From: Scenedesmus sp. PABB004
Taxonomy: Eukaryota
Direction of reading: 5' to 3'
Length of the DNA stretch: 64,000 bases
Assembly (NCBI GenBank): GCA_014905635.1
Contig: JABVCE010000009.1
Coordinates: forward strand, 372,001-436,000
Within the stretch, counting starts at the first letter, position 1. Every line of letters begins with the position of its first letter. A model generated the notes under the pieces. That model was not told the origin of the DNA. It saw only the letters and a program-made list of their open reading frames with translations, and made no database searches. Shown here in pieces: positions 53,160 through 64,000 of this stretch. The translations under genes and the position numbers were made by a program.

Positions 53160-55095
53160 TCACGCGCCGCCGTCGGCGGCGTCCATCTCGGCGAGCGCGG
53201 CGCGCAGCGCGTCGGGCGGGAGCGGGATGCTCATCACCTCGCCGCCGTCCGGCCCGAGGCGGAGCCGTATGATCTCGTGGTCCCGGAACTCCGTGAGCAC
53301 GCCCTTGAGCGCGGTCTCGGTGTTGAGGATGAAGCGCTCGCGCACGAGGCGCAGCAGCGCGGCAAAGCCGACGCCGGGGCTCGCGGGGTCGTCGAGCTGC
53401 AGGCCGGCGAGCAGCCGGAACACCTCGCGCGCGCTCGACACCAGGCTCGACAGCACCGCCGCCGCGCCGCGCTGCGCGGCGGTCTGCTTGCAGCCTGCGG
53501 CGCCGCGGGCGGGGGGTTACGAAGTGCCACGGCCGGCCGCGGCTGGCCGCGGCGCCGCGCGCGCCGCCGCCGCGCCGCGCCCGGCTCCGCCGCGGCCGCG
53601 GCCGCGGCGCGCGCCGTGGGGCCGCGCCGCTGGCTCACTCGTGAGGATGGGCATGCTGTCCGCTGTCTCTGCGTCGTAGGGCGCGTAGGTCGTGGCGTCG
53701 AGCCAGAGCCAGTTGAACGCCGCCGCGGCGCGGCTGTCCCAGAGCAGCCCCGCGTTGACGTGGTCGACGCTCGCCGCGAGCCGCACGCACGGCGCCGCCG
53801 CGAGGCGGCTCAGCCACAGCTGCTCCTCGCCGCCGCGCAGGCCTGCGCGCGCGCGCGGCGGCGGCGGCGCGTGTGCTCGCTTGGGCGCCACCGGCGCGCG
53901 GGCGGCGGCGGGCGAGGGGCCGTGAGTGACGCGCGCGGCGCGCCGGCACGCGCCTGGGCCGTCTATGTTGTGGACGAGGACGTAGAGCTGCCGCGCGGCG
54001 GGCTCGGCAGCGATGAGCCCCAACAGCTCCGCGTGGCTCGCGGCCTTGACGCTGCGGTGCGTGAGCGCGCCCGCGACCGCGGCCAGGATCTGCGCGCGGC
54101 GCGCGCGCGGGCGCGCGGTCGGCGGCGCGCGCTCGGCGCGCGGCGGGGGCGCCGCCGCCGCCGCCGCCGCCGCGCCTGCTTTGCCGTCACGCCGGGCCGG
54201 CTGCCGTGCACCACGAGGACGCCGCCGTCGGTGAGCGCCTCGCGCGCAAAGCCCTCCAGCAGGCCAGCCTTTGAGCCGAAGCCATAAAACAGCAGGCTGA
54301 ACCGCCGCCTGCGCGCGGCGGCGGGGCGCCAGCGGTGTGCCGGCGGGCGGGGCGCGCGCCGCGCGGGCGCGCGGCGGCCGCAGCGGCGGGCGGCGGCGCA
54401 CGGCGCAGCGCACCGCAGCAGCCAGCGCCAGTGTGCGAACTGGGGCCGGAAGCTGGCCAGCAGCGCGGCCTTCTGCATGCGGTGCCGCGGCGGCAGCCCC
54501 GCCAGCGTGCGCCGCAGCTGCGCCTCGTCCAGGTCGGCCGGCAGCAGCGCCGCCGCGTCGCGCGCCGCCGCGCGGCCGGCGCCCGCCGCGCGGCCGGTGC
54601 CGGCGCGGCGCCCGCCGCCCGCCGCGGCGGCGCCGCTGCTGCCGGGGCCCGCGCCCGCGCCGGCGTGGCTGGCCGCGCGCCGCGACGCGCGCGCGGCGCT
54701 GGCGCCGCCGCTGCCGTCCTCGCCGTCGTCGCCCTCCTCGTCTGAGCCCGCGTCGCTGCCGCTGCCGCTGCCGTTGTCGCGCGGGCCGGCGTCCGCCATG
54801 TCGGCGTCCTCCTCGGCCTCGCTGTCGGGGATGGTGACGCCGGGTGGGCCGTCTGCGACCGCGCCGGGGCGGCAGCAGCGCTCGGGCGCGGACGCGCTCG
54901 GGCGCGGCGGCGCGGACGCAGCGGCGCAGCAGCTGCTCCCGCCCTGCTTCCCCCCGCGCTCTGTATCGCACCTCGCGCGCCCGCCTGGTCCAGCTGCGGC
55001 CCCTCGTCGTCAGAGTGGGCCTGCGAACGCGCGCGCTGCTGCTTGCCCCCAGACCCGGCTGCAGGGCCCCGACCGGCCCGAGTGCGGGTCGCCAT
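53160..55095 (-). CDS. ORC2: Origin recognition complex subunit 2 (multi-exon)
   Basis: FSLLFYGFGSK, LYVLVHNIDGPGLR, LAASVDHVNAGLLWD, FNWLWLDATTYAPY and LTEFRDHEII. Confidence 0.93.
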
Positions 55096-55669
55096 GATGC
55101 AAAGCAACCGGGAGGCTCTGTGGACGCGCCGCGGCGGCGCGGGGCGCGCTGCAGGCGGCACAGGCTCGGCTGTGAGGCGGGCGCCGGCCCTCCTGGCGCG
55201 CTGCGACGCGGCGGTGAGTCGCCAGGCGTCGCGAGCGACTGGCTGAGGCCAGGCAGATCGACGTGAGTGCCGCGTGTGGGTGCGGGGGGCGCCAGGAGAG
55301 TGGCGCGGCGGCGCAGCAGCGGCGCAAACCGCGCGCGCCGCGGTTTGAATCCTAGCCATCGCAGTCGGGCAGCAACCCGCGCCCCGGCGCGTGCACTCGA
55401 CGGCCCAACTCACCGCCAGTCCAGCAGCACCGACAGCGCAGCTGCCAGCGGCGACGGGCTGGCGGCGGGCCAGCTGCGGCGCCCGTGGGGTGGCAACTCC
55501 AACTTACCAGCACACCTCGCATAGCCGCCGCGCTCAAGTGGCTGCCACGACAGCAAAGCACGCAGGCATCACGCGCCGGACGCCACCGACCCCGCACGCA
55601 GGCCGCCAACCCCACCCTTGCCCTGCTGGACCTCCTGCTGCAGCCGCTGCGGTGTCGCGCGCGTGCAGC

Positions 55670-56894
55670 CTAGGCTGCGGTGCGCAGCCGCTTGCGCCCG
55701 CGCCCGTCCTCCTCCGGCTCGCCCTCGTTGCCAGGCTCCTCCTCCTCATCCCACGCCGTGGCGGCGGCGGCGGTCTCGAGCGCGCGCGCGAGCAGCTCTT
55801 TGCCCCTGATCTCGGGCGGCACGGTCAGCGCGACCTCGGCGCCGCTCGGCAGCACGACCGTGACCTGGGTCTCGGCGAGCGGCAGGGGCACGTGGTTGTC
55901 GGCGCGCCCGCTGGTCACATGGAACATGCCGCCGCGCAGGCGCGACACCAGGTGGATGACTGGGACGGCGCCGGAGGCAGGCGGCGGCGCGTCGCGCTCC
56001 GCCCCGGTGCGCGCGGCCGCGAGCCAGGGCAGCCCGGCGGCCGCCGCTGCGTGCGCAGAGGCCACGGCGGGCGGGCGCAGGCCCAGATCGCTGAGGGTCT
56101 GCTCGTCCGCCAGCTGCTTGCCGGCAAAGATGTAGCGCGACTGGCCGACAGGAATCCCTGACCAGTCGGTGCGGCGCGGCGGCGCGGTGCGGCGCGGCCG
56201 TTTGGTGTGCGCCCGCAGCCTGCAAGCACAGCGCGGCGCGGCGCAGCGAGCACGCACCCTCGCGCTGCTGGATCATCTGCTGGACCTGCAGCACCGTCGT
56301 GTCGGCGCTGACGCTCAGCGGGATGACTTTGCCGATCAGCGTCTTGGCGTGCACCTCAAACGGCGCGCCCGTGGCCGCCGCGGGCACCTCCACCGCCTCC
56401 AGCTCCACCGCGACGGGCGCGGCCGTGACCTCGGCAAACGTGGCGAGCGTGTGTAGGCTGTCGTTGTAGTGGATGCTGCGCACACGCCCCTGGTAGCGCG
56501 CCAGCTGGCCGTCGAGCACGTAAAACTTGTCGCCGCACACGCGCTCGTACGGGTTGAGCCAAAGGTGGTCAGACGTGTCCAGGCTGGGCCCCACCGCGTA
56601 AATCAGGGCCGGGAAGCCTGCGCCAGCGAGCGGGGAGCAAGTTGGCGGCGCGCCGCGCTGCTGCTGCTGTGCGCTGCGCCTGCGGCGTGCGGACACCGCC
56701 GGCCTGCAGCTGGCAGCGCGAACGCGCCCCAGCCCCGCCACCGCACCCAGGTCCGCGGCCACGCGCTTCCTGAGGTCCTCCACGGTCGCGCCGGGCTCAG
56801 AGAGCTCCAGCAGCGACGTGCGCGCCTCGCCGGCCGCCTGCGGCCCCGCCGGGCCGCGCCGCGCCACGCGCAGCGAGTAGGTGAGCGCCACCAT
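55670..56894 (-). CDS. Ubiquitin-like domain protein with an internal RLRGG-M junction (3 exons)
   Basis: FEVHAKTLIGKVIPLSV..TVLQVQQMIQQREGIPVGQSRYIFAGKQLADEQTLSDLGL..(insert)..VIHLVSRLRGGMFHVTSGRAD. Confidence 0.8.
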
Positions 56895-57222
56895 CGCGGG
56901 CAGGCGCAGGGACGGGCGCGGGGGTGAGACGGGAGCGCTGCTGGGCGGGGCAGACCGCGGCGCGCGCCGCTGCTGCGCGGGCGGCGGCGCGCGCGCTGTC
57001 GCGGGGCGCCGCGCGACGGTCCGAGCGTGGCACTGGCGGCCGGGGGGTGGCGGTGCGGGTGAGGGGTGCGCGCTGGCCGGCGTTGGCTTGCAGCGCGGTT
57101 GTGGGCGGCGCACGAGACGGCCGGCGGGCGGGCGAGGCGGCGGCCGTGCGCGGGAGGTCCGAGTTGCACAGTGCAGTCCGTGTCCACCCACTGGCCCGCG
57201 GCCGCGGCGCTGGCGCCAGGCG

Positions 57223-60200
57223 TCACGCGAGCGCGTCGAGCGCGGCGCGCAGCGCGTCGGGCCCGAGCAGCGGCACGCCCGCGGCGTCCTCTGGGCTGTA
57301 TTCCTTCTCCAGCAGCGCCGCGATCTGGCCGTGCGCCTCGGCGATGTTGGACTTGACCGGGCGGAAGAGAATCGCGCGCGTCGCGGGGTTGGGCAGGTAC
57401 AGGCCCGCGCGCGCGACGACCGGCGGCAGCTGCTCCGCGAGCGCGGCGTTCACCCCCGCCACGAGCTCCGCGAGCTTGCCGGGCGCGCCAAACGCCTGGA
57501 GCGCGGCGCGGGCGAGGGTCGGCGCGCGCGGCGCGCCAGGCGCGCGCGGACCAGGCGCGCGTTGCGCCGCGCCGCGCACCTGCTCGCGCAGCGGCTTGGC
57601 CAGCGCCGGGTTGCTGCCGGCCGCGAGGCGCACGGCGGTGACCTTGGTGATAAACCCCAGCAGCGGCTCGACCGCGGTCTGCGGCCGGCGGCGGCCAACC
57701 GCGCGGGTCGGCGCGGCGCGGCGCGGCGCGGCGCGGGGGTCGGCGGGCGCGCGCGCGCCGCGTGCGGCGCCGGGGCGCCCCTGGCAGCACAGCGCGCCCC
57801 GGCAGCCCCCCGCGTGTGCGGGCCCCCGCCCGCGCCGGCCGCGTGCCTTTGTGGTGGCCATGATGAAGGCCTCGCACACGCCCTTGAGCTGCACCTCGAG
57901 GTCGCGCTTGGAGTCGACGCTCGCCGCCACCGCGCGCGGCCCGCCGCGGCCGAGCATCTGCACGACCGCGTTGCTGCTCGACAGCGTGAACAGCGACGCC
58001 TCGCCTGGCGATGCGGCGGCGGACGCGGCGCGGGCGGCCGCAGGTGAACGTACCGCGCCTCAGCACCGCGCCGCGCCGCGACCAGGGGGCGAGCGTGCCG
58101 CGCAGACGCCGTCGGCGCCGCCGCCGAGCCCTCCCCCTGCCGCCCGCCCGCCCAAGCGCCCTGAGCCCTGCGCGCACCCGACATGATGCGGCGCATGTGG
58201 TCGCGCATGTGGCTGAAGTCCAGGTCCACGTGCGTCGCGCTGAAGTCGACGTCAAACGCCGCGATCTGCTCGCGCAGGTGCAGCAGGTGCCGGATTGCAA
58301 AGAGCTGCCCGTCCAGCGTGCCGCCCGACTTGGCGAGCGCGCGGCCGGCGGCCTGCGCGCGTGGCGGCGGCGGCGGTGGCGGGGCGGGGGCGTCGGCGCG
58401 CGCGCGTGCGCGCGCGGGTGGCGCCGCGGCGGCGGCGAGGCGCGACGCGGCGCGGCGCAGCGCGGCGCGGCGCGGCGCGGCGCCGTCGGCGGGTGCGTGC
58501 CTGCACGGACGCGGTCGCGGCGGCGACGGCCTCCTGCGCGAGGCCGGCGAAGATCTTGGTGTCGATGACGCGATAGATCTTGGCCAGCAGCAGCAGCGCG
58601 CTGCGCACGGGCGGGTACCACGGCGACACGAGCGGCGCCTGCGGGGGCGTAGGCGGAGGCGGGCGCGGCGGCGGGCGCGGCGGGCGCGCGGCGGGGGTGC
58701 GTCGCGGCAGGCCGGCGCGCGCGCGGGGCGCGGGCAGGGAGGCCAGCGCGCGCACCTGCGCGTCGGCGTCGCCGTCGTCGCCCGCCGCCGCCTCGCTGAT
58801 CTCGCCCGCCGCCGCCGCGGCGCCGCCGGCGGCGTCGGCGTCGGCCGCGGCCGCGGCGGCCGCCTCGCGCGCCGCGGCGGCCTCGAGCCGTGCCGGGAAG
58901 GCCAGGTCCTCAGGCGTGGGCTGGTAGCCCTCCACGCTGTCCTTGATGAACGCCTGCGCCCTGCGCAGAGAGCGGCCGCGGCGGCGGCGGCGGCGGGCGT
59001 GAGGCCCGGCGCGCGCGGGCGCTCGCTTGAAGCTCCGGCACGGCAGCGGGGCGCCGACAGACTGGCGCGCTGTCGCGCTGGCGGCGCACCGGTAGATGAG
59101 GCGCTCCTGCAGGTCCGCGAGCGCGCGGCTGAGGCTCGGCACGAGCGCCTCGCCCGCGGGGCCGGCGCGGCGGAGCAGCTGGTCGCGCAGCACCTGCCCG
59201 CGGCCGCGGCAGCGGCGGCGGTCGCGGCGAAGGCCGCGGCGGCGGCGTCACGGCGCGGCGCGGGCGGGCCGGCAGCGGGGCCGGACCGCGCAGCGCCGCG
59301 CGTCGCGTCGCCGCGCTGCGCGGGCGCGCCTCGTGCTGCAGTATGTCAATGAGCTCCGCGAGCGCGTTGATGTCGGCCAGCTGCACAAAGCGCGGGCGCA
59401 GCAGGTCGTACAGGCTCTGCCCCAGCGGCTCCAGCAGCGGCCGCAGCGCGTCGGCGAGGCTCGTGGCCAGCGGCGCTGGCGGCGCGCGTCGGCGGGGGCG
59501 GCGGCGGGGCGCGTCGGTGCGCGTCGGCGCGGCGCGCGCGGCGCGCCGCCCGTGCCGGCGGCGGCGCCCACCTGGCGGCCCGCCGCCCGGCGCCGCGACC
59601 GCGTGCTGCCGCGCGACGGCGGCGGCGCCGAACAGCTGCTCCATCAGCTGCCCCTCGAGCTGGCTCAGCCGCAGCAGCTGCTCCGTGCCCGCGCGCACGA
59701 GCTCGGGCAGCGGCAGGCCCGCGAGCGCCGACAGGCGCGCCGTGAGGTGGGGCTCCACCAGCTGCAGGCGCACGCCGCAGTAGAGCTGGCGGCAGTCCTG
59801 CAGCAGCCGCGCGTACTCTGGACGGCTCGCCTTGCTGTCCAGCTCGGCGAGCAGCCCTGCCCGCCAAGCGGCGGCGGCGTGCGGCGGCGGCGGCGTGGGG
59901 CGGCGGCGGCGGCGGCGTGGGTCGGCCGCGGCGGCGCCGCGGCGGACGGCGCTCCCGCGCCCGGCGAGCGCGCGCCGCCGCACCCTTGAGCACCGGCTCC
60001 GCGGCCGCGCGGAAGCGCACGTACAGCAGCGCCACCTCGGCGCCCTCCGGCAGCGCCGCGCTGGCGGCGCGGCCCAGGCTGCCGGCGCGCGCGACGCCCG
60101 GCGCGCCGCTGCCGGCGCGCGCGAGCAGCGCGCCGCCGGCCGCGCCCGGCGCGCCGCCGCCCCCCGCGCCGTCGCCGCCGCCGCCCGCGGCCGCGGCCGC

Positions 60201-61062
60201 CGCGTCGGCGACCGCCGCGCCAACCGCGGCCGCCGCGGCGCGCAGCACGCTCTGCACGCGCGCCTTGGCGAGCCCGAGCGCGCGGCCCTGCAGCGCGCGG
60301 AACTTGCCGGCGTACGCCGCCGCGTCGGCGTACTGCGGGTTGGCTCCCACGTAGGCGAGGCAGTCGTCGAGCTTGCGCAGCAGCGGCAGGATCTCGGCGT
60401 CGTCCGGCGCCGCGGCGGCGGCCGCAAACGCGCCCGCCGCGCGCTCGTACTCGTCGAAAAACTTGAGCCGCGCGCGCAGCGCGTCGGCAAACTCCAACAG
60501 CCCCGCCTTCTCCGCGAGCAGGCGCTGCGTGCTGCCGCTCAGCGCGGCGCTCGCGGCCGCGACCTCGCGGTGCAGCGAGAGCAGCGCGTCGAGCACGCCG
60601 AGCGTCGCCGACACCTGCACGGCGCGGCGCGCACGGCGCGGGGGTCGGCCGCGGCGCCGGCGCCTGCACGGGCCCGCCGCGTGCCGCCGCCGCCGCTGCG
60701 CCGCCGCGTGCGCGCCTTGTCCTGCAAGGCGTCGCACGACGCGAGGTGGCCGAGCAGCAGGTCGGCGTAGCGGCGGTACTTCTCCTCCGTCTCCGACGCG
60801 CACGCGGCCTCGAGCTCCGCGTGCCACTTGTGGAACTGGTTGGCGTTGTGCAGCACCGCGTCCTCGAGCGACCCCACGTAGCCGTCAACGCCGCCGGCGG
60901 CGGCGCCGCCGCCGCGCGGCGCGGGCGGCCCGCCGGGCGGCGCGGGTGCGCCGGGCTCCGCCGCCGGCGCGGGCGGCTCGTCCGGCAGCTGCGCGCGCGG
61001 CGGGCGCGGGCGGCGCGGTGGGCGCGGCGTGCGGTCTCGTGCTGCTGCTGCTGCGCGCCCCT

Positions 61063-61096
<34 letters not shown>

Positions 61097-61384
61097 GCAC
61101 GTGGGCTGGGAAGGGGCGCTGCGCCGCGGCCGCCGCGAGCGCGTCGAGCACGCGCAGCTGCTGGTCGTCCAGCTGCGCGCTGCTCTCCCAGGCGCTGGCC
61201 TGCGGCAGGGCGGGAGGTTGAGCCGCGCAAGGCGGGCGCGCGGCAGCCTGCCGCCCCCCGCGCCCGCCGCAGCGCGCACCACGCTGTACGCCGACGCCGC
61301 GCCGCCGCGCAGCTGGTGCGGCTTCACCGTGGCGGCTGCGGGGCGCCGCGCGGGCGGGGGGCCCGGCGACCCCGTCGTGGCCAT
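57223..61384 (-). CDS. COG3: Conserved oligomeric Golgi complex subunit 3 (Sec34; multi-exon)
   Basis: VLHNANQFHKWHAELE, KLDDCLAYVGANPQYADA, LLYVRFRAAA, DLQERLIYRAQAFI, WYPPVR, FAGLAQEAV and LFRPVKSNIAEAH. Confidence 0.92.
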
Positions 61385-61815
61385 GGCGGCCCGCGCGGCT
61401 CAGGCGCTGCGCGGCGCGGGGGGTTTGGAGTGGTTGGGGTGCATCATGGCCCTCTCCCGCCCCAGCGCGGCTCCTGGGGCTCCGGCGGGGCCGCGATCTG
61501 TGCTCCCTAGCTCCTGGATCACGCGCGGGTCACGCGGTGGCGGCCTCTGCAGCAGCGGCGGCGGCGGAGCAGCGGGCAGCGCTGCAGCAGCGGCGGTGGG
61601 CGCGGCCGGGGGGCGTGCGGCAGGGCGGTTGCGGTGCGGGCGCGCGATCTGTGGGCGTATGCAGACGAAGCAGCGACGCGCCGGTCGCCTGCCGCCGCGA
61701 GCGGTTCAGTGGACGCCCTGGCCCTTGTCATTACGCTCCAACTACGGCGGCGCAGGCGGGCCGGGGCGCTCGCAGCCCCGGCCGCCGGCTCAGGCCGCTG
61801 CCTGCGACTCGCGCT

Positions 61816-62208
61816 TCACACCGCCGCCGGCGCCACCCTCGGCGGGCCAGAACCGCCGGCGCCGCCCTCGGCGGGCCAGAACGCCAGCAGCTCCCCAAGC
61901 ACGCGCCGCAGATGCTGCGTCTGCACCCAGAAGCCCGCGAGCGCCTCGCGCGCGGCGGGCAGCACCTGCTGCGCGCGCTGCTGCGGCTGCAGCGGCGCCG
62001 GCGCCGCGCACTGGAAGCGCCCGCTCTCCAGCACGGGCAGCAGCGGCACGCGCGGCTCCTCGCGGCGCATGTGCTGCAGGAAGCGCGACAGCGCGCCCTC
62101 GGCGCCGCCCGGCGCCGCGGCGTCGCCGCCGCGCGGCAGCACCTTGACGCGGCCGTGCGACGCAAACACGAGCTCCAGCAGCAGCTGCGGCTGGGCGCCC
62201 CGCTCGCT

Positions 62209-62244
<36 letters not shown>

Positions 62245-63658
62245 GCCGCCGCCGCTCCAGCACACGCGGTACTGCACGTGGCGCAGCCCCGACGGCGCGG
62301 CCGCGGACGCGCGCCAGCGCGGCGGCGCGTCCTTGCCGCCGCCCGGCGTGAGCGCGGCTGCGGCGGCGGCGAGCGGCCAGGCCGTCAGCGCGAGCGCGTC
62401 GAGCAGCAGGTCCTCGCACGCGCTGCTTGCCATGTCGGCGAGCTCGTTCAGCAGCGCCGTCGGCGCCGCGGCCGCGCTGCACGCGACGCGGCACGCCGTC
62501 GCGAGTGCGTCGCCCGGCGACAGCGGCGCGCCCGGCAGCCAGCCGGCCGCGGCGCCCGGCCGCACGTCGACCCGCGCCGGCGCGACGCTCGCGCTGCCGG
62601 CGCCGGCGCTGGCGCCGCCGCCCGGCGCGGCGGGGCCGTGCGCCGCGAAGTCGTAGCGCGGCTGCCACTCGAGGGCAAACTGCAGGTGCGGCCGCTCGCC
62701 GCCGCTGGCCTTGGTGGCCGGCGCCAGCGGCGCGCCGCACTCGAGCACCGCGGTGCAGCTAGTGTAGGCTGCGAGCCTCACCAAGCCCGTGCCCTCCCAG
62801 TTGAACAGCAGGCCGCAGGGGCTGGCGCCCGCCGCGGCCGGCGCGCCGTTGGCGAGGCCGTTGGCCGGCGGCGGCGCGGCGCCGCCCGCCTGCCGCGCCC
62901 GCTTGGCCGGCGGCGAGGCGCCGCCGTCGCCGTCGCAGCCGTTGGCGGCGGCGGCCGCGCCGGCCGCGGCGGGCGGCGCGGGGCCGGGCCACATCGGCTG
63001 CCCCACCTCGACCACGGCCAGGCGCTGCCCGCCCCAGGCCAAGGCCTCGAGGCGGTGCAGCAGCGCCTGCATGTGCACCAGCCGCGCCAGCTGCAGCAAC
63101 GCGTCGCGCACGCTGTGCCCCGCGCGCAGGTCGTACTCGTGGCTGCTCTGGGGGCCGAGCCGCTGCTCGCCGTCGCCGCCGCCGCCGCCGCCAGGGGCCG
63201 CCGGCGGCTGGTGGTACACGCGTCCGTGCAGGACCATGCGCCACTGCCCGTACCCCGGGCCGCTGGTGAGCCAGACCTCACGCAGGCCGACCGCCGGCGG
63301 GGCGCAGCCGAGCTCGCGCGCGAGCGCCTGGAACAGCTGCAGCCCCGGCACGCCCAGCAGGCGCACGGCGGGCGGCCGCCGCGCGTGGACAGCGGGCTGG
63401 CCCGGCAGCGGCGCGACCTCCTCGTAGGACACCTGCAGCGCGTCGAGCTCCAGCAGCAGCCGCTCGTGCGTGAGCCGCGCCTGGCACCAGCGGACCGCCG
63501 CGGCGAGCTCCGCCGCGTGGGCCTCGGGCTGCAGCAGCCAGCCGCGCTGCCGCGGCCGCGGCGGCTGCGCGCCCGACGACTGCCGCTCGGGGGGCGCGGC
63601 GCCGTCCGCCGGCTGCTGCTGCCCGTCCGCGCCCTGTTCCAGCGGCTGCTCCTCCTGC

Positions 63659-63701
<43 letters not shown>

Positions 63702-64000
63702 GCTGCTGCAGCTCCTCCTGCTGCTGCCCGTCCGCGCCGGGCTGCTGCTGCTCGTCGTCCCGCTTGCGCTTGCGCTGCTGCGCGGCCGCCGCGGGCTCGG
63801 CGCCCGCGGCGTCGCCCCCGGCGCCGTCAGGCGCCGGCGCGACACCGGCGTACACGCTGACTGGCAGCCGCACGCGCTTGAGCACGGGGCCGGCCAGGCC
63901 CTGCGCGTCGCAGAGCACCAGCAGCAGGCAGTCGCGCGCCTCGCCCGCGACGCGGCGGCGCGGGAAGGACATCGCCAGCGTGGGCGCCAGCGCCGCCGCG
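61816..64000 (-). CDS. 3' part of a large protein running off the window (poly-Q; weak resemblance to Mediator MED14)
   Basis: Long open frame of more than 718 codons with protein-like segments (LLLELDALQVSYEE, VRDALLQLARLVHMQALL), an NLS-like RKRKR and poly-Q. Family assignment is only tentative. Confidence 0.6.

Overview
This window is eukaryotic nuclear DNA with very high GC content (about 80% by eye) and many short introns. It is most consistent with a chlorophyte green alga, possibly Sphaeropleales (inference). Most six-frame ORFs are GC artefacts, so I reconstructed the real genes by joining exons. Multi-exon CDS coordinates run from start codon to stop codon and include introns. From about 5 kb onward the window is a dense run of mostly housekeeping genes: F-box/ankyrin-like protein, DUF4864-like protein, plastid kinase-like protein, ClpR, ADNT1, two small secreted proteins, thiamine-PP carrier, MoCo sulfurase-like protein, glycine cleavage T, VPS41, ABHD hydrolase, SAHH, IFRD, glucosidase II alpha, a PYG-repeat protein, ORC2, a ubiquitin-domain protein, COG3 and a truncated large ORF. 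The standout is at 0.8-4.4 kb. A full-length U6 snRNA gene has its 3' 44 nt directly repeated 3.1 kb downstream. Between the two copies lie a serine-recombinase (resolvase-like, DRLSR) domain fused to a Cys-rich region and a diverged inverted second copy of that region. This layout resembles prophage integration into a tRNA gene, but here the target is a spliceosomal snRNA. The copy appears degenerate. Other notable signals are a near-perfect ~120-nt intergenic hairpin (pre-miRNA or MITE candidate) and unusually frequent GC-AG introns.
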